A stretch of 59,927 nt of DNA, filler included, from Callorhinchus milii (Eukaryota): assembly GCF_018977255.1 (NCBI RefSeq). It is 2 parts of 2 records of this genome, joined end to end, with 100 filler letters (N's around TTAATTAATTAA, not from the genome) between each part and the next. Parts side by side here need not be neighbours in the genome. Positions count along the whole stretch, not along the records: positions 1 to 29,921 come from NW_024705639.1; 1 more part is not named here. The stretch is one strand, 5' to 3'. Each line of letters begins with the position of its first letter. Positions within the stretch are counted from its first letter, which is position 1. The notes beneath the pieces were generated by a model. The model searched no databases and was not told the origin of the DNA. It was given only the letters and a program-made list of their open reading frames with translations. Below, piece by piece: positions 1-12,900 of the stretch. A program made the position numbers and the translations under genes.

Positions 1-784
1 TGATGTGTAATGTCATAGATGATGTCACGTAATGAATCGTGTGGAAGCGATGCGCGTGCATAGTGTGTGATATCAACTTCGCCAAAAAGGCTTATCCATT
101 TAGCACTGGTTTTAGTTGCCATGTTATTGTGAATTTTACGCCGGTACAGTTTGAGAGATGGACAGAGCTAAATCACGAACCCTTTAAGCCTCAGTTGGAA
201 TTTGTTAAAATAATAGAAATAAGATTGCTAATGTAAACATTTAAGCAAATAAGACGCCTCTCTTTCTCCTGCTCCAGACACAACACATTCAGCACCTATT
301 GCAAGGCGAGCTTCTTTCCTGCGTCAGCATCGTGGACCATCAACTGAAGAGCTTGCTGATTAATATTTCACTGTCGGACATTTGCCGTTTGGACTGCAAC
401 GGCACTGCTGGGCTCTACCCTTGTGATGGCTGTGCGACGATCGCCGAGTTCTCTCGACGGTGCACGCAGGCTAATGGATCGCCGGGCACGTGGCGTTCTC
501 CAGAATTCTGCGGTGAGATGGGGAGAATGGTGCTGTGGTGTGGGGTTAAATGGTGTTGTGGTGTACTGGTAAGATGGCAGAGAGCAGTGGTGCAGTACAG
601 AGTAAGATCCGGAGAGAGCGGTGGTGCGTGTGCGGTGAGATCTGGTCGGGAGAGACCAGTGGTGTGGTGTGTTGGTGAGATGGGAGAGAAAGTTGCTCGC
701 TAACAGCTCTTGCCATTACGGTCTATTAAGGCCACGCGGAGAATCTTTACCTTTTGTGCGTGTAACTGACTCCTACTCACTCAG

Positions 785-910
785 GTGTGACGTGCCCGAG
801 AGGTCAGGTGCACAGGGAGTGTGGACCGGTGTGCAAAGACACCTGCTCAAACCCCTCCGCCTCCATCAACTGCCCAAGCACCTGTGTGGATGGCTGCTTC
901 TGCCCTGAAG
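785..910 (+). CDS. Mucin-like exon: TIL domain
   Basis: cag|...|gtat; [41 protein letters not shown]. Confidence 0.9.
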
Positions 911-3900
911 GTATAAACAGTGAATCAATAGATGTAATTTTCTATTCTTTACCGAGCATTGAGGGTTCTATGGTGGGGGGCCTGCGGGGAACATGCCCCC
1001 GAAAGTACAGCAATGCATCGCATATTGTGTCCCCCTCTATTCAGAAGCAGCTCCTTGAGATGACTGAAGAGAGCATTCATGTTCATGTGAAAGAAGTCAT
1101 AACGGCCAGTGCCACTTCATATCCCTTCTGAGGATCCAAATTTGCCAAATTCGAAAAATCCCTGCATAGCAATCATCGTACTTACTGGTCGACTAGTGCC
1201 CAAGGTCACTCTTGCAAATAAGACTACCTTGGTCCAAGTAAAATTAACTTTCATATATTGATCTCCTATCTCTCGCTCTCCAACCTTTACATATGGATAA
1301 ACTAGATTTCTCTCCTTACCATCTCTCTTGTGGTGTTTGGGAACTGCAGGGATGGTGTGGGACGATGTGAGTGGGTCGGGCTGCATCCCTCAAAGCAATT
1401 GTGGGTGCAACCAACTCGGCCACTCCTATGCCAGTGGAGAATCGCTCATCACAGGCTGCAAAAACTGGTGAGACGCAATAGCTTAGTATCAGGGATGCTG
1501 AAATGTAATTTTTCATGATATGATTTTATGTCATTGTTAATGATTTGACGATTTATCATCATATTCCCATATTGCAGCAACCCTACCTATTAGTACATCG
1601 GTTCACAAAATGTGGTACGCAAATAGTAGTTTGTAAGTCACATACCAAATATTCATAATACTTGTGTGTACTCTATCACCGCATAAATAAGTCTAAGTGT
1701 GTACTATATACTCTTTGGTTCTTTCCGTAAAGTCACGTAGGTAGAAAAATAAAAGAAAAAATTATATATCAAGACGTTACGATCGCAACACAAGCGGTCG
1801 TCCTCAGGCGGAAAAAATAATTCAGCAGTGGAACTGCTGAACCAGGAAGAACACTGCAGTCAGGAAAGCTGCAAATCAAGATTGTTTACTATATATCATT
1901 TGTACCCATGTATTATGCATCCTTTTGGAGTCGGGTTGGCCGTAGATACGTATGCATGTATCCATGTACCAATGTATCTACAGAATTTTGTATGATGACT
2001 ATTCAAGTTTATATCTAGTCTGACCAGCTAATTGTGCCTCAGGCTTGTTCCATCTGGGCCGGCCCTCTAGCTGCTACCGTAGGCGCACACCATCCGGATC
2101 AAAAAGACCTGAGAAACGCACCGCCCTCGTGGGCAGACAGCTAGCCAGATATAATGTGGATGTTGCTGCCCTTAGTGAGATCCGACTGGCCAATACTGGA
2201 CAGGTGACTAAAGTGGGTACAGGTTACACATTCTTCTGGAGCGGACGAGGCCAGGAGGAGAGACGTGATGCTGGTGTTGGTTTTGCAGTTAAAAACCACC
2301 TGGTCAACCAACTGGCAAGCCTACCCAAGGGCATAAACGACCGTTTAATGACCCTAAAGCTCCACCTAATGGGTAAAAAGGAGGCCACCATCATCAGTGC
2401 CTATGCCCCTACCATGACCAACTCTGACGAGATCAAAACCAAGTTTTATAATGACCTGGAAGTCATTATTGGTGCCACAGCCAGCTCTGACAAACTCCTG
2501 ATACTTGGTGACTTCAATGCCAGAGTTGGAAGTGACCATCAATCATAGAATGGAGTCATGGGTGCACATGGCATTGTAAAATGTAACAGCAACGGCCTTC
2601 TGCTGCTGAAAACATGCTTTGAATTTGACCTGCTCATCACCAACACGATATTCCAACTACCAAAGCGCAAGAAAACTTCATGGATGCATCCTCGTCCACA
2701 CCACTGGCACTTGATTGACTACGTCATCATGAGGAGGAGCGACCGGCACAATGTCAGGGTGACCAAGACAATGTGTGGTGCTGAATGTTGGACTGACCAT
2801 CGTCTCATCATCTCCAAACTTAACATCCGGATTAAGCCTCCAGACGCCCACAAGGAAAAAGACGTCTAAAGCGTCTTAACATCACTCGCCTACAACAGGA
2901 ACACACCAGACTGGCCTTTGTTGAGGCTCTATACCATCACCTGGAGTCTCTAAGCTTCGAGCATACAGATGCTGAGGCAAACTGGACTGCTCTCAAGACC
3001 GTGTTGCATTCTACAGCCCTTGAATCACTTGGTGTTGTAGTAGTAGGTTTTTACCCTTTTAAACTGGTACAAAACTGACACCTTTATTCAAGGAATCATG
3101 TTTGCAATAACCACAACACAAGTAGTCAAAAAAGCAAACAAAAAGAAGCAACTCTGATAATGATAATAATATGCACTGTCCTTGAAGTTGATTGGTCCAC
3201 ACCCGAGACGGCTTTCTTTAGAGCCTAGTCCCCATTGGTGTTGGACCAGATGACACCAGAAGGCGTACAACTCAAACACAGTGCAATATCAGAGTATTGA
3301 GAGCTCGGGGTAAGCATTTACACTATGAGATCTCTTTTACCAGTGGCAAAATATAGTAGTAGGTTTTACCCTTTTAACTGGTACAAAACTGACACCTTTA
3401 TTCATGATTCCTTGAATAAAGGTGTCAGTTTTGTACCAGTTTAAAAGGGTAAAAACCTACTACAATATTTTGCCACTGGTAAAAGAGATCTCATAGTGTA
3501 AATGCTTACCCCGAGCTCTCAATACTCTGATATTGCACTGTGTTTGAGTTGTACGCCTTCTGGTGTCATCTGGTCCAACACCAATGGGGACTAGGCTCTA
3601 AAGAAAGCCGTCTCGGGTGTGGACCAATCAACTTCAAGGACAGTGCATATTATTATCATTATCAGAGTTGCTTCTTTTTGTTTGCTTTTTTGACTACTTG
3701 TGTTGTGGTTATTGCAAACATGATGCCTTGAATAAAGGTGTCAGTTTTGTACCAGTTTAAAAGGGTAAAAACCTACTACTATATTTTGCCACTGGTAAAA
3801 GAGATCTCATAGTTTCGATTTAAAGCTTTCGTGACTGCAGGGATTCATCTTCTTGGTTCTTTCGGTAAAGTCACGTAGAAGGGAAGTAATAAAATAATAA

Positions 3901-6900
3901 AAATAAAACATAATAAAACAATTCTCACGACGTTTCGGCCACAACGCAAGCAGCCGTCCTCAGGTGAAAAAACCAGGTCCGTCGAGGTGACAGAGTCGCT
4001 CTGTCGCCTCGACGGACCTGGTTTTTCACCTGAGGACGGCTGCTTGCGTTGTGGCCGAAACGTCGTGAGAATTGTTTTATTATGTTTTATTTTTATTATT
4101 TTATTACTTCCCTTCTACGTGACTTTACCGAAAGAACCAAGAAGATCTCATAGTGTAAATCACTTGGTGTTCCCATACGTACACATTAAGATTGGTTTGA
4201 TGAGAACGATGCAGAATCCAAGCACTCCTTGATGAAAAACATCGCCTGCATTAAGCCTATCTGAATTACAGCAGCTCAAGCTTAAAGAAAACTGCCTTCC
4301 TCAACATTCGCAGGGTTGTCCAGCGAGACTCAGAGTCATGCAAGACACCTGGCTGTGCACAAAAGCTGAGGAGATTCAGTCCTACGCTGACAGTAACAAC
4401 ACCAAGTGCCTCTATGGTGCACTCAAGCAGGTCTATGGTCCACAACACTCGGAACTTCACCTCTCCTAAATGCAGATGGAACAACACTCCTCACAGAGAA
4501 GGTCAAAATACTTGCAAGGTGGGCTGAACACTTCAGCACAGTCCTCAACCGCCATCATGCATAAATGAGGAGGCAATTGCGAGACTGCCTCAAGTTTAAA
4601 TAAACCAGTCCCTTGGTGTTCTACATCCATTGAGGAAACCAGCAAAGCCATAAGCCTCCTCTCATCAGGCAAAGCTCCAGGGTCCGATGCCATTTCAGCG
4701 GAAATCTACAAGGCTGGAAGGCTCGCTTAGCCGAGAAACTGACCGACCTCTTCTGTGGAAATTAGAAGTCGTTCCCCAGGAGTTCAAGGATGCCTCTATA
4801 ATCCATCTCTATAAGAGAAGGCAATCGGCAGGCCTGCGACAACCATAGAGGCATCTCCATACTATCAATCACTGGCAAAATCTTGGCAAGAATCCTTCTG
4901 AACCGCCTAATTGTCCACTAGACCAGGGTCTGCTACCTGAGAGTCAGTGTGGTTTCAGAAAAGACCGCGGAACCACTGACATGGTATTTACTGCCCGGCA
5001 GTTACAGGAGAAATGCCAAGAACAAATGCTGATCTATATATGGCTTTCGTTGATCTAACAAAAGCATTCGACACAGTCAGCGGGAGGGCCTATGGAAGAT
5101 CATGGCCAAGTATGGGTGTCCAGACAAGTTCATTGGAATCGTGCGCAAACTCCAGGATGGCATGATGGCTAGCGTCAGAGACCAACAAGAACTCTCTGAT
5201 CCGTCCCAATCACAAACGGGGTGAAGCAAGGCTGCGTTTTAGCGCCAACGCTCTTCAGCATGGTGTTTTCTTCCATGTTGCAAGACTCATTCCAGAACCA
5301 CAACACTGGATTAGCTTCATCTACCGTTTTGACGGTGGGCTATTCAATCTGCGTAGGATGCAAGCCAAAACTAGTCTCTGTGAAATTAGACGCCATCCAG
5401 ACGTCCACCCTGCGTCCTTCCCTGTGGAAGAGATATGTGGATGACACTTTCGTCATTTGGCCACATGGCCTCCCAGCATTGAACCATTTCCTGGACCACA
5501 TCAATACCAGACACCCATCCATCAGATTCACCATGGAAGTGGAGAAAGATGGCAAACTACCATTCTTGGATGTGCTGTTTGAGAGGAGACCTGATGGATC
5601 CTTGGACATTCTGTCTACAGGAAGGCCACCCACACAGATTCCTACTTGAAACCTGATTCCCACCACTTACGACCACCACGCACACTGGCAACGCAATCTC
5701 ACCAAAGAATTAGTTTAGTGTTTCCGTGTGCATTTTTACGTATGAACTTTTTAATGCATTCAACATAAGTAATTTTGGGGCTTATATTAAAAATGTATTT
5801 GTGATCGATCAGATGATACATTTCTTAAAATAGCTTTGGAACCACTGGATTATAAAATTACACTTTCTCTAACCATGTGGCACAAAGGTGGCTGCTGGTG
5901 CTATTTTACCAGATAAAGATATCACTTGCAAAAGTGTCGAGTGTTGGAACAGCACATAGGGCACCGCACTGTGGTTTACCACATGCCTGCTGTGGTGATC
6001 TTGTGCTCTTTCATGGAGTGGCTTCTAGAGGTTTTATTGTACAGGCTGTGTTTAATGCAAGCTGCTAAATAGGTTTGAGGGGCAAAGCCCCCATTATCCC
6101 TCACCACCTGCCACTTGTGGGTTTTTCATTCTAATCATTGTGCCACCGTCTTTGCCGACTCAGCACTTGCGAGCAGGGTCAGTGGAATTGCGACAGCCGC
6201 CCCTGCTATGGGACGTGCAAGATCCTGGGCGGCTCCTATTTCTCGACCTTCGACAGCAAGACGTACAGATTCCACGGGGACTGCTTCTACACCCTCACAA
6301 CGGTACCAAAACTGCATTTGTAATGCATTGGCGCATGTGGCAGCGTGAGCTTGGGATGTAACGAATTTCACCCTCTTCTCCACGATCTAATGAATCATTA
6401 TGAGCCAGTGTCACAACTCTATATGCAAATCCAATATCGCATATTCCATTGAGGTCATTGTATATTACCTGCTGTGACACGGCTCAGAAACATGATAATT
6501 GATGAAGAAATAGAACTAAAGCTAAAAACTACACAAAGATGCATGGAGAGGGTGCATTCTTGGAATTACATTTAGAGATAGAAATATTAACCACACGGGT
6601 TAGAGAACGTACGCAAGTTAGAGACATAATTTTGACTGAAGAAAGGTAAGTGGGCAGGATACGTCACTAGAAAGGAACGATGGCCAGTGTGGTCGAGACG
6701 AACAAAGGGCATAATATTTGGTGATGATGCATTGGAAGTGGTGCAAAAGCACAATTAACAAAATAAAACTCAACACTGGCATAAAAACAAAAGGAGAGGT
6801 GCTATGAAGAACGGCATTGCCAGGAATGTGACTTTTTTACAAAGGAGAGAGCACTCCAACAGGATATCAACTGCGGAGAGATGGATCAATAAAATCTGCT

Positions 6901-9900
6901 CGTGGTAGGAGTTAGATGGATTATTGCAATGGAGCAATATTAGGAATGGCGACAGCTTGGGTAGGCCTTCATGGTTCCACATTGGCAGCATATGCATAGA
7001 CATGTTCATTACATTCCCATGAGTATCATATATGTACAGCTTTTCCAATTCAGTGACCTCTAACCTTCTGCTCTGTGGCCTCAATATTTTTAGGACTGCG
7101 CTGGCAACAAGTTCTCCGTACTGGGAGAGTTAACCAAGTGCGAGGGGCGAGATTCTAAGACGTGTCTCAATAGTGTTATCCTCTACATCATGGCATAAAA
7201 ACGGTGAGTGTGTGTGGCATGTACACCCAGATGCGCGTGATTGAGTGTGTGTGCGTTTGCATGCATTCTAAGAGTTCAAGCGCCTTAATCCAAGGGAGGG
7301 CATGAGCAGAGAGAGACAGTTTAAGGCATATATATTTGAGTAATGAGCAAATTCTGGTCTCACTGAAGACCAATGACTGCACACACTTAAATATCAAGTG
7401 AAACTTGTGTTTTCAATTTGAACAAAACTTTCAGAGCATGTAAAAATTATGCTCATAGTCTGGATGAAGAGGCTTTTAAAGGTGTTCAAACGTAGTTATG
7501 TGATGTAATCTTCCATGGCTGTTTCTGACACACAATGTAACTCAAAGAAAATAAAGACCCAAAAAGTGAATAAAAAATCACTGGGTTGAACTTGTATATT
7601 TTGAATCAGTTTTAAAGCAACGAATACGTAATAAAATACTGTTGATTGATTACTATATTGTTAGTGACAACCCTGATATAACCATATTGCTTTTCAATAA
7701 CTACAAGTGATTATTGTTTCAGGTTGTGTTCAAGGCATCAGGGGATGTGCTCGTGCATGAGAATAAGGTGCCTCTTCCATTTGTGTCGGGTAAGCCTTGT
7801 GATTGACAGTTTTTGCAATCCATTTTACACCTGCCCTCTTAAATCAACCATTTTCAATCCACAGAACTCAACACATTACAGATATTAAAAACAATTACAT
7901 AAAGTGTTTTGACAAGTATAAGTCGCTGCTTTGTGAATGTATAGAAATGATGACATTAAGTCTGTCTGCAATTACACAAATAAACTATTCCATGATAGTT
8001 AATCTACAATCATTGTTTAGATCATTTACTCAGGCAGCATGAATTTGTCTTTAAATATGTGTTAAATGCCTAAGCTTCATAACTAAACACTGATTCAGAC
8101 TTCTGATCATCACTGCTTGTTTTGCAGATGGTCCAGCTTATGATGTGAATGTTTGCGTGCATTTCATGACAGCTTGGCATGCACTGTTGGTCTCATGTCT
8201 ATTTCTTTCAGCATCCGTGACCGTCGTGCAAGAGTCGTCCTTCTACCTCCGTGCGGAAACCAACTTTGGCTTGCGCCTGCGAGTTCAGCTAAAGCCCCTG
8301 ATGCAGCTGTACATTACCGCGGCCACCGCGTATCACAACAAAACGTGTGGTATGTATGTCTCAAGCTCTGTTCTTCCGTATGCTGCTTTGATGTTTTCTT
8401 CAGTAAAAAAAAACATGTTATCAGTATCAGTATTTCGGGGATTTTTTTGATTTATACGTGTGTCGAGTTTTAATGTCAAAATCTTTTTAGCGCCACTCTA
8501 TAAATAATGATGACAACATTGTTTGTGATGATTCTCATTCATCACATGCTGCCACGTGCTGCCCTTGGCTGCCCTCCTTTGTGCCACCCCAACTCTGATT
8601 GTTGCCGTCACTTATGTTCCAACCGTTCACTAGGAATTAAGCTGTGCACTAACATTACAATTCTGTGACATCACTAAAAGTGAGGCCTAAGTAGCTGTTT
8701 CATCCCGTTACATTGAGTTGAGTGATCCAGTGTGAACCCACCTTAACCGTTGGACAAATGTGAGTTCACATCCCCGGTCAGGGTTCAATCAGCTCAACAT
8801 TATCCATATGGGGATGATGAAACCAACAGCAGCACTGCACGGGAATGCAACTGTTGTCATGGATGGAATGGCCCATGTCATAGAAATGTAGAATTTCCAA
8901 CCACAGGCTCAGGGCCAACAACAGAGATGAGTATGGCCATGTGTTCATGAAAACGGTTTCATCACAGCTGATACCCGCATTTGAACTTAAGACATAGCAG
9001 TGTTGGCTTCTTGCTCCTATGCTCCGACACCTGATCATTATGAAACCACCCAAACCACCTCTTAAATGACATCTTGTGACAATTTAACAGGGCTGTGCGG
9101 AAATTTCAATGAAGTAACCGGTGACGACTTCACGCATTCCGGCATCGTGGACGCGACAGCAGCGACCTTCTGTAACATGTGGAAGGCTCAGGCGACGTGC
9201 CCGGACCGAAAAGAGGTCACCATGGACCCGTGCTCGGTGTACACCACCAACAGTGAGACGCTTCATGGCGACACAGCTCACAGCTCATGTGTGACCGATC
9301 AATGCCACGCTGTCATATTCACTTCACTGCTGGTGAGGGCCTCCTCACGCCGTACGTATCATTGTGGGAGGTATTTGAATATTTTGACCACACTGGTTAG
9401 TGGAAGTTGGAGGGATATAGATGTGGAGTATATTATGACAATGTATTTTGCTGTACTGCCCTCTGCTGCCCACTGCAGAGCCTCACAGCTTATTGAATGG
9501 GATGCAGAATTATTTTGAACATTACTTCAATTCCTTTTATTCACATATGTATGCAAATTAAACAAATATAGAAGTGTTCCCGTAACTGTAAACATAAAAA
9601 TGATTTCCATTTAAAGCTTTCGTGACTGCAGGGATTCATCTTCTTGGTTCTTTCGGTAAAGTCACGTAGAAGGGAAGTAATAAAATAATAAAAATAAAAC
9701 ATAATAAAATAATTCTCACGACGTTTCGGCTACAACGCAAGCAGCCGTCTTGTTGTAGCCGAAACGTCGTGAGAATTATTTTATTATGTTTTATTTTTAT
9801 TATTTTATTACTTCCCTTCTACGTGACTTTACCAAAAGAACCAAGAAGATAAAAATGATTGGAAAAATATTTTTTTATGGTTTTTCAATATAGTCATTGG

Positions 9901-12900
9901 CGACTGGGTTGAGTTCATTAATCTGCTGCATTTAAGAACCTGGCATATGGACGGCTGACTGAAACCCTGATTTGAACTCAGGAACTCAGTGGTGCTGACT
10001 CAGTACTCTGACGGTTATGGCCTTCTCCCTAAACCACCTGGTTCCCTCACACACTTAGCAATTTCTAGAGGGCAGCGCATAGCCTTGCTTTTGCTATACT
10101 GCCATCTCCTGGCCACCTTGCAACTGAGCAAGTGTTTGAACTTCAATATGTGATTTTACCAGCCCTTGCCTCCATAGCTATGGATTGCACATGTGGACCA
10201 CCATGCCCAGCTAACGTTTCGGGCAGTGGCCCGACAGCTCAAAGGCTACACTCTCTGAGCTTGTGTGTTTCTTATCTTTCAGATGAATACGCCAAAACAC
10301 ATTGTGGCCTTCTGATGGATAATGACGGTCCATTCTCTACCTGCCACAGTGTGGTTTCTGCAGATGAATATTACATGGTACGTTCCCCTTTGCGTGATGA
10401 TTAACAATATATTTACAGGCAGTCCCCAGGTTACGGAAGGGTTAGGTTCCTGAGAAATATCCGTAACCCGAATTTTTCATGTCGGAAACTGAACAATTTT
10501 CCCCAAAAATCAAGATAAAATCCCATAGCTTGAAATAATTGTGTCTCCCCTACCATTTTCTCTCAGTACCGTATCTCGCTGTCGTCCGTTTTCTATCGCT
10601 CCCTGTATCCTATCGCTGTACATACACTCTGCACTTCCTATGATTCTTTAATTGCATCGAATATCTACCCTACCACTACCCATTATTAAACTAATGGAAC
10701 ATATACTGTATCCAATTGTTGATTTTAATATTGTTAACAAAAAGCAGTCACTTCCGAATGTTTACCATGCATTCGGCTAGGTCTAGACTTCACATACACA
10801 CACACATACACGCACACAACGGAGGAGTATGCTCTCTACACACGCACACATACATACACACACAAACACACACAGATACACAGTACATACTCTATTTTTT
10901 ACACGCTTTTTAGGAGCATTTCCGTAAAGTTGAATTTCCGTAAGTCGGATTTTCCGTAACCCGGGGACTGCCTGTATTTTCGTCTTTTTACTTAATGATA
11001 TCCTGATTGTATGAGCAGTGTCATGTCTTAAGATGAATAATCCATTTGGAATTCTCACAGAGCTGTGACTCGTTCAGTGTTCGAAAACGGTTCGTGGAAT
11101 TAGACATCACAGAAGTACCTCTGAGATCCCTTCAAGTGACCTCTGATCCACAAAGTAGGAGCAGCATTTTCCACTTGCCCCAACCAAACTCCAGCAAACA
11201 GAGCGCACTGTTTCCTATGGGGTTTATCATGCATGTATGTACGTCAGAGGTCGCAATCGGGTACCCGATACCCGTACCCTATCGATACCCGGCTACCCGT
11301 ACCCGGCCGGGTACGGGTACCCTGGTGCGGCCGGGTACGGGTAGGCCGTGAGTCACTGGTGAGTCACCGTTTGTCACTCATTTCCCAACGTCTTGTCTCT
11401 TCTCACAATTCAAGTTCCTAGAATCAACCCACCCGCGCCTGCAACATGGCTTCATCCCAGAGGTCGCAATCGGGTACCCGTACCGTACCTACCCGATACC
11501 CGGCCGGTACGGGTAGCGGGTATCGGGTAGGGTACGGGTACCCGTTTGCGACCCTGGTGCGGCCGGGTACGGGTGACTAAGGAATCAAAACCCGTTTGCG
11601 ACCTCTGATGTACGTACGTATGATTAACTTATTTCGCACATTACGTAGCCAATTGTGCCAGATAAGGGCCTCACCATGCCGTGTGGTTCATGGGGGTTAT
11701 TTAGACATATGTCACCACGTGGGTCAGTGTGGGTTGGTGAAAGCAGAGAATATGGACGGGAAAGCATAGAAGTACAGTACAACAATGGGTTTTCCTGCAA
11801 AGCCTTCTGCTGTTAACCACGTAGCCCCAGATCCAATGTAAAAACCTGTTTGTGCATGCCAGTCACCTATTCAAGTACTATTCAGGCTCAAACCTACTTA
11901 GCTTTTTAGATATTAGGTAGATATTAACACTACTGGTATCAGCCACTGGTAAGTCCCCTCATTTCCATGTCTTCCTGTACCACATACACCCAATTGGCTC
12001 CGTCTTTCCAGCCAAGTCAAAAGCGGATTTCTTACTTTCCACAATGTGGGTTTATTGTCTGGAGAAGAATGATGGGCTACTGCTCGAGATGGCCACATAC
12101 TTGACACCCTCTCATTAGATAAAAATGGTACTTATGATGAGATCAAATATCAATATTTTGTCTGTCCATTTGTCTATCTATCTAATTGATTGTCCATTTA
12201 TCTGTTTTTGTTTGTCTCACCGTCTGTGTATCCATTTGTGTATCTGTCCATTTCTTCATCTGTTTGTCTTGATCTGCCCAATCGATCATCTATCCTTCTG
12301 TCCCTCCTTCTCTCTTTGCCCATTCGTCCATTTATAATTCCGTCTGTCCATCCGTCCATCTGTCAATTTGTCCATCCATCCATCTTTCTATTTCAACGCC
12401 CGTTTGTCCATCTGTCTGTCTGCCTACACACCACCCCCTACCACCTGTGCAGCGCTGCAAGTATGATACGTGCAGCTGCTCGTATCCGGAGCCGTGCCTG
12501 TGCGCTGCACTCTCGGCATACGCGTACGCGTGCGCCGCTCATGGCGTCGTCGTCGTCAGCTGGAGGAGCAACATCTGCAGTAAGCACAGCCGCACGGGTG
12601 ACGCCAGGGCAGTGAGTTCAGAGATGGGCGAAATGTAAATGACATTTAATTTTAATATGTAATGTAATTAGATTTTTAGTTTGTCATTGGGTACCTAAAT
12701 TACACAGCTCATAACGTTTGTCAATTTATATGTAAGTTATACAAGAACCAGTTATTGGTAATTTATATCTAAATTATATTTCCTCGAGTAATTTGTCATT
12801 TGAATGTATTTTTCCGATCACTAAGTTAATCATAGCATCGAAATTGCATGCCAGAAATCGTCAAGTGTGCCACCAAAGTGAGTTAGAGTTACATTACTTT

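Larger units (their letters stand above)
3814..4146. mobile_element. Fold-back mini Penelope-like element (two inverted pLTR ends plus tail)
   Basis: Near-perfect palindrome 3847-4146 centred near 3997. The ends are nearly identical to the termini of the 19218-22945 element. Flanked by direct repeat agatctcatagt (3802-3813, 4143-4154). Confidence 0.85.
3037..4157. mobile_element. Non-coding inverted and tandem-permuted 316-bp element with 14-bp TSD (contains a nested Penelope-derived palindrome)
   Basis: TSD aatcacttggtgtt at 3023-3036 and 4158-4171. Arms 3039-3404 and 3403-3813 are reverse complements, each with an internal period of 316 bp. Confidence 0.8.
2090..5372 (+). mobile_element. 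Decayed RTE/BovB-like LINE (AP endonuclease + RT), interrupted by an insertion at 3037-4157
   Basis: Endonuclease motifs [44 protein letters not shown] and TDH are present. RT motifs follow downstream ([31 protein letters not shown]). There are multiple stops and frameshifts. Confidence 0.9.

Noticed and set aside
3575..3625. ctaaaga…agcc in the 316-bp element as a mutated hammerhead core
   Set aside because: No correctly placed GAAA or stem III was found on either strand.
3088..3731. Identical 63-aa ORFs on opposite strands
   Set aside because: A by-product of the inverted 316-bp element, with a GTG start and no domain.
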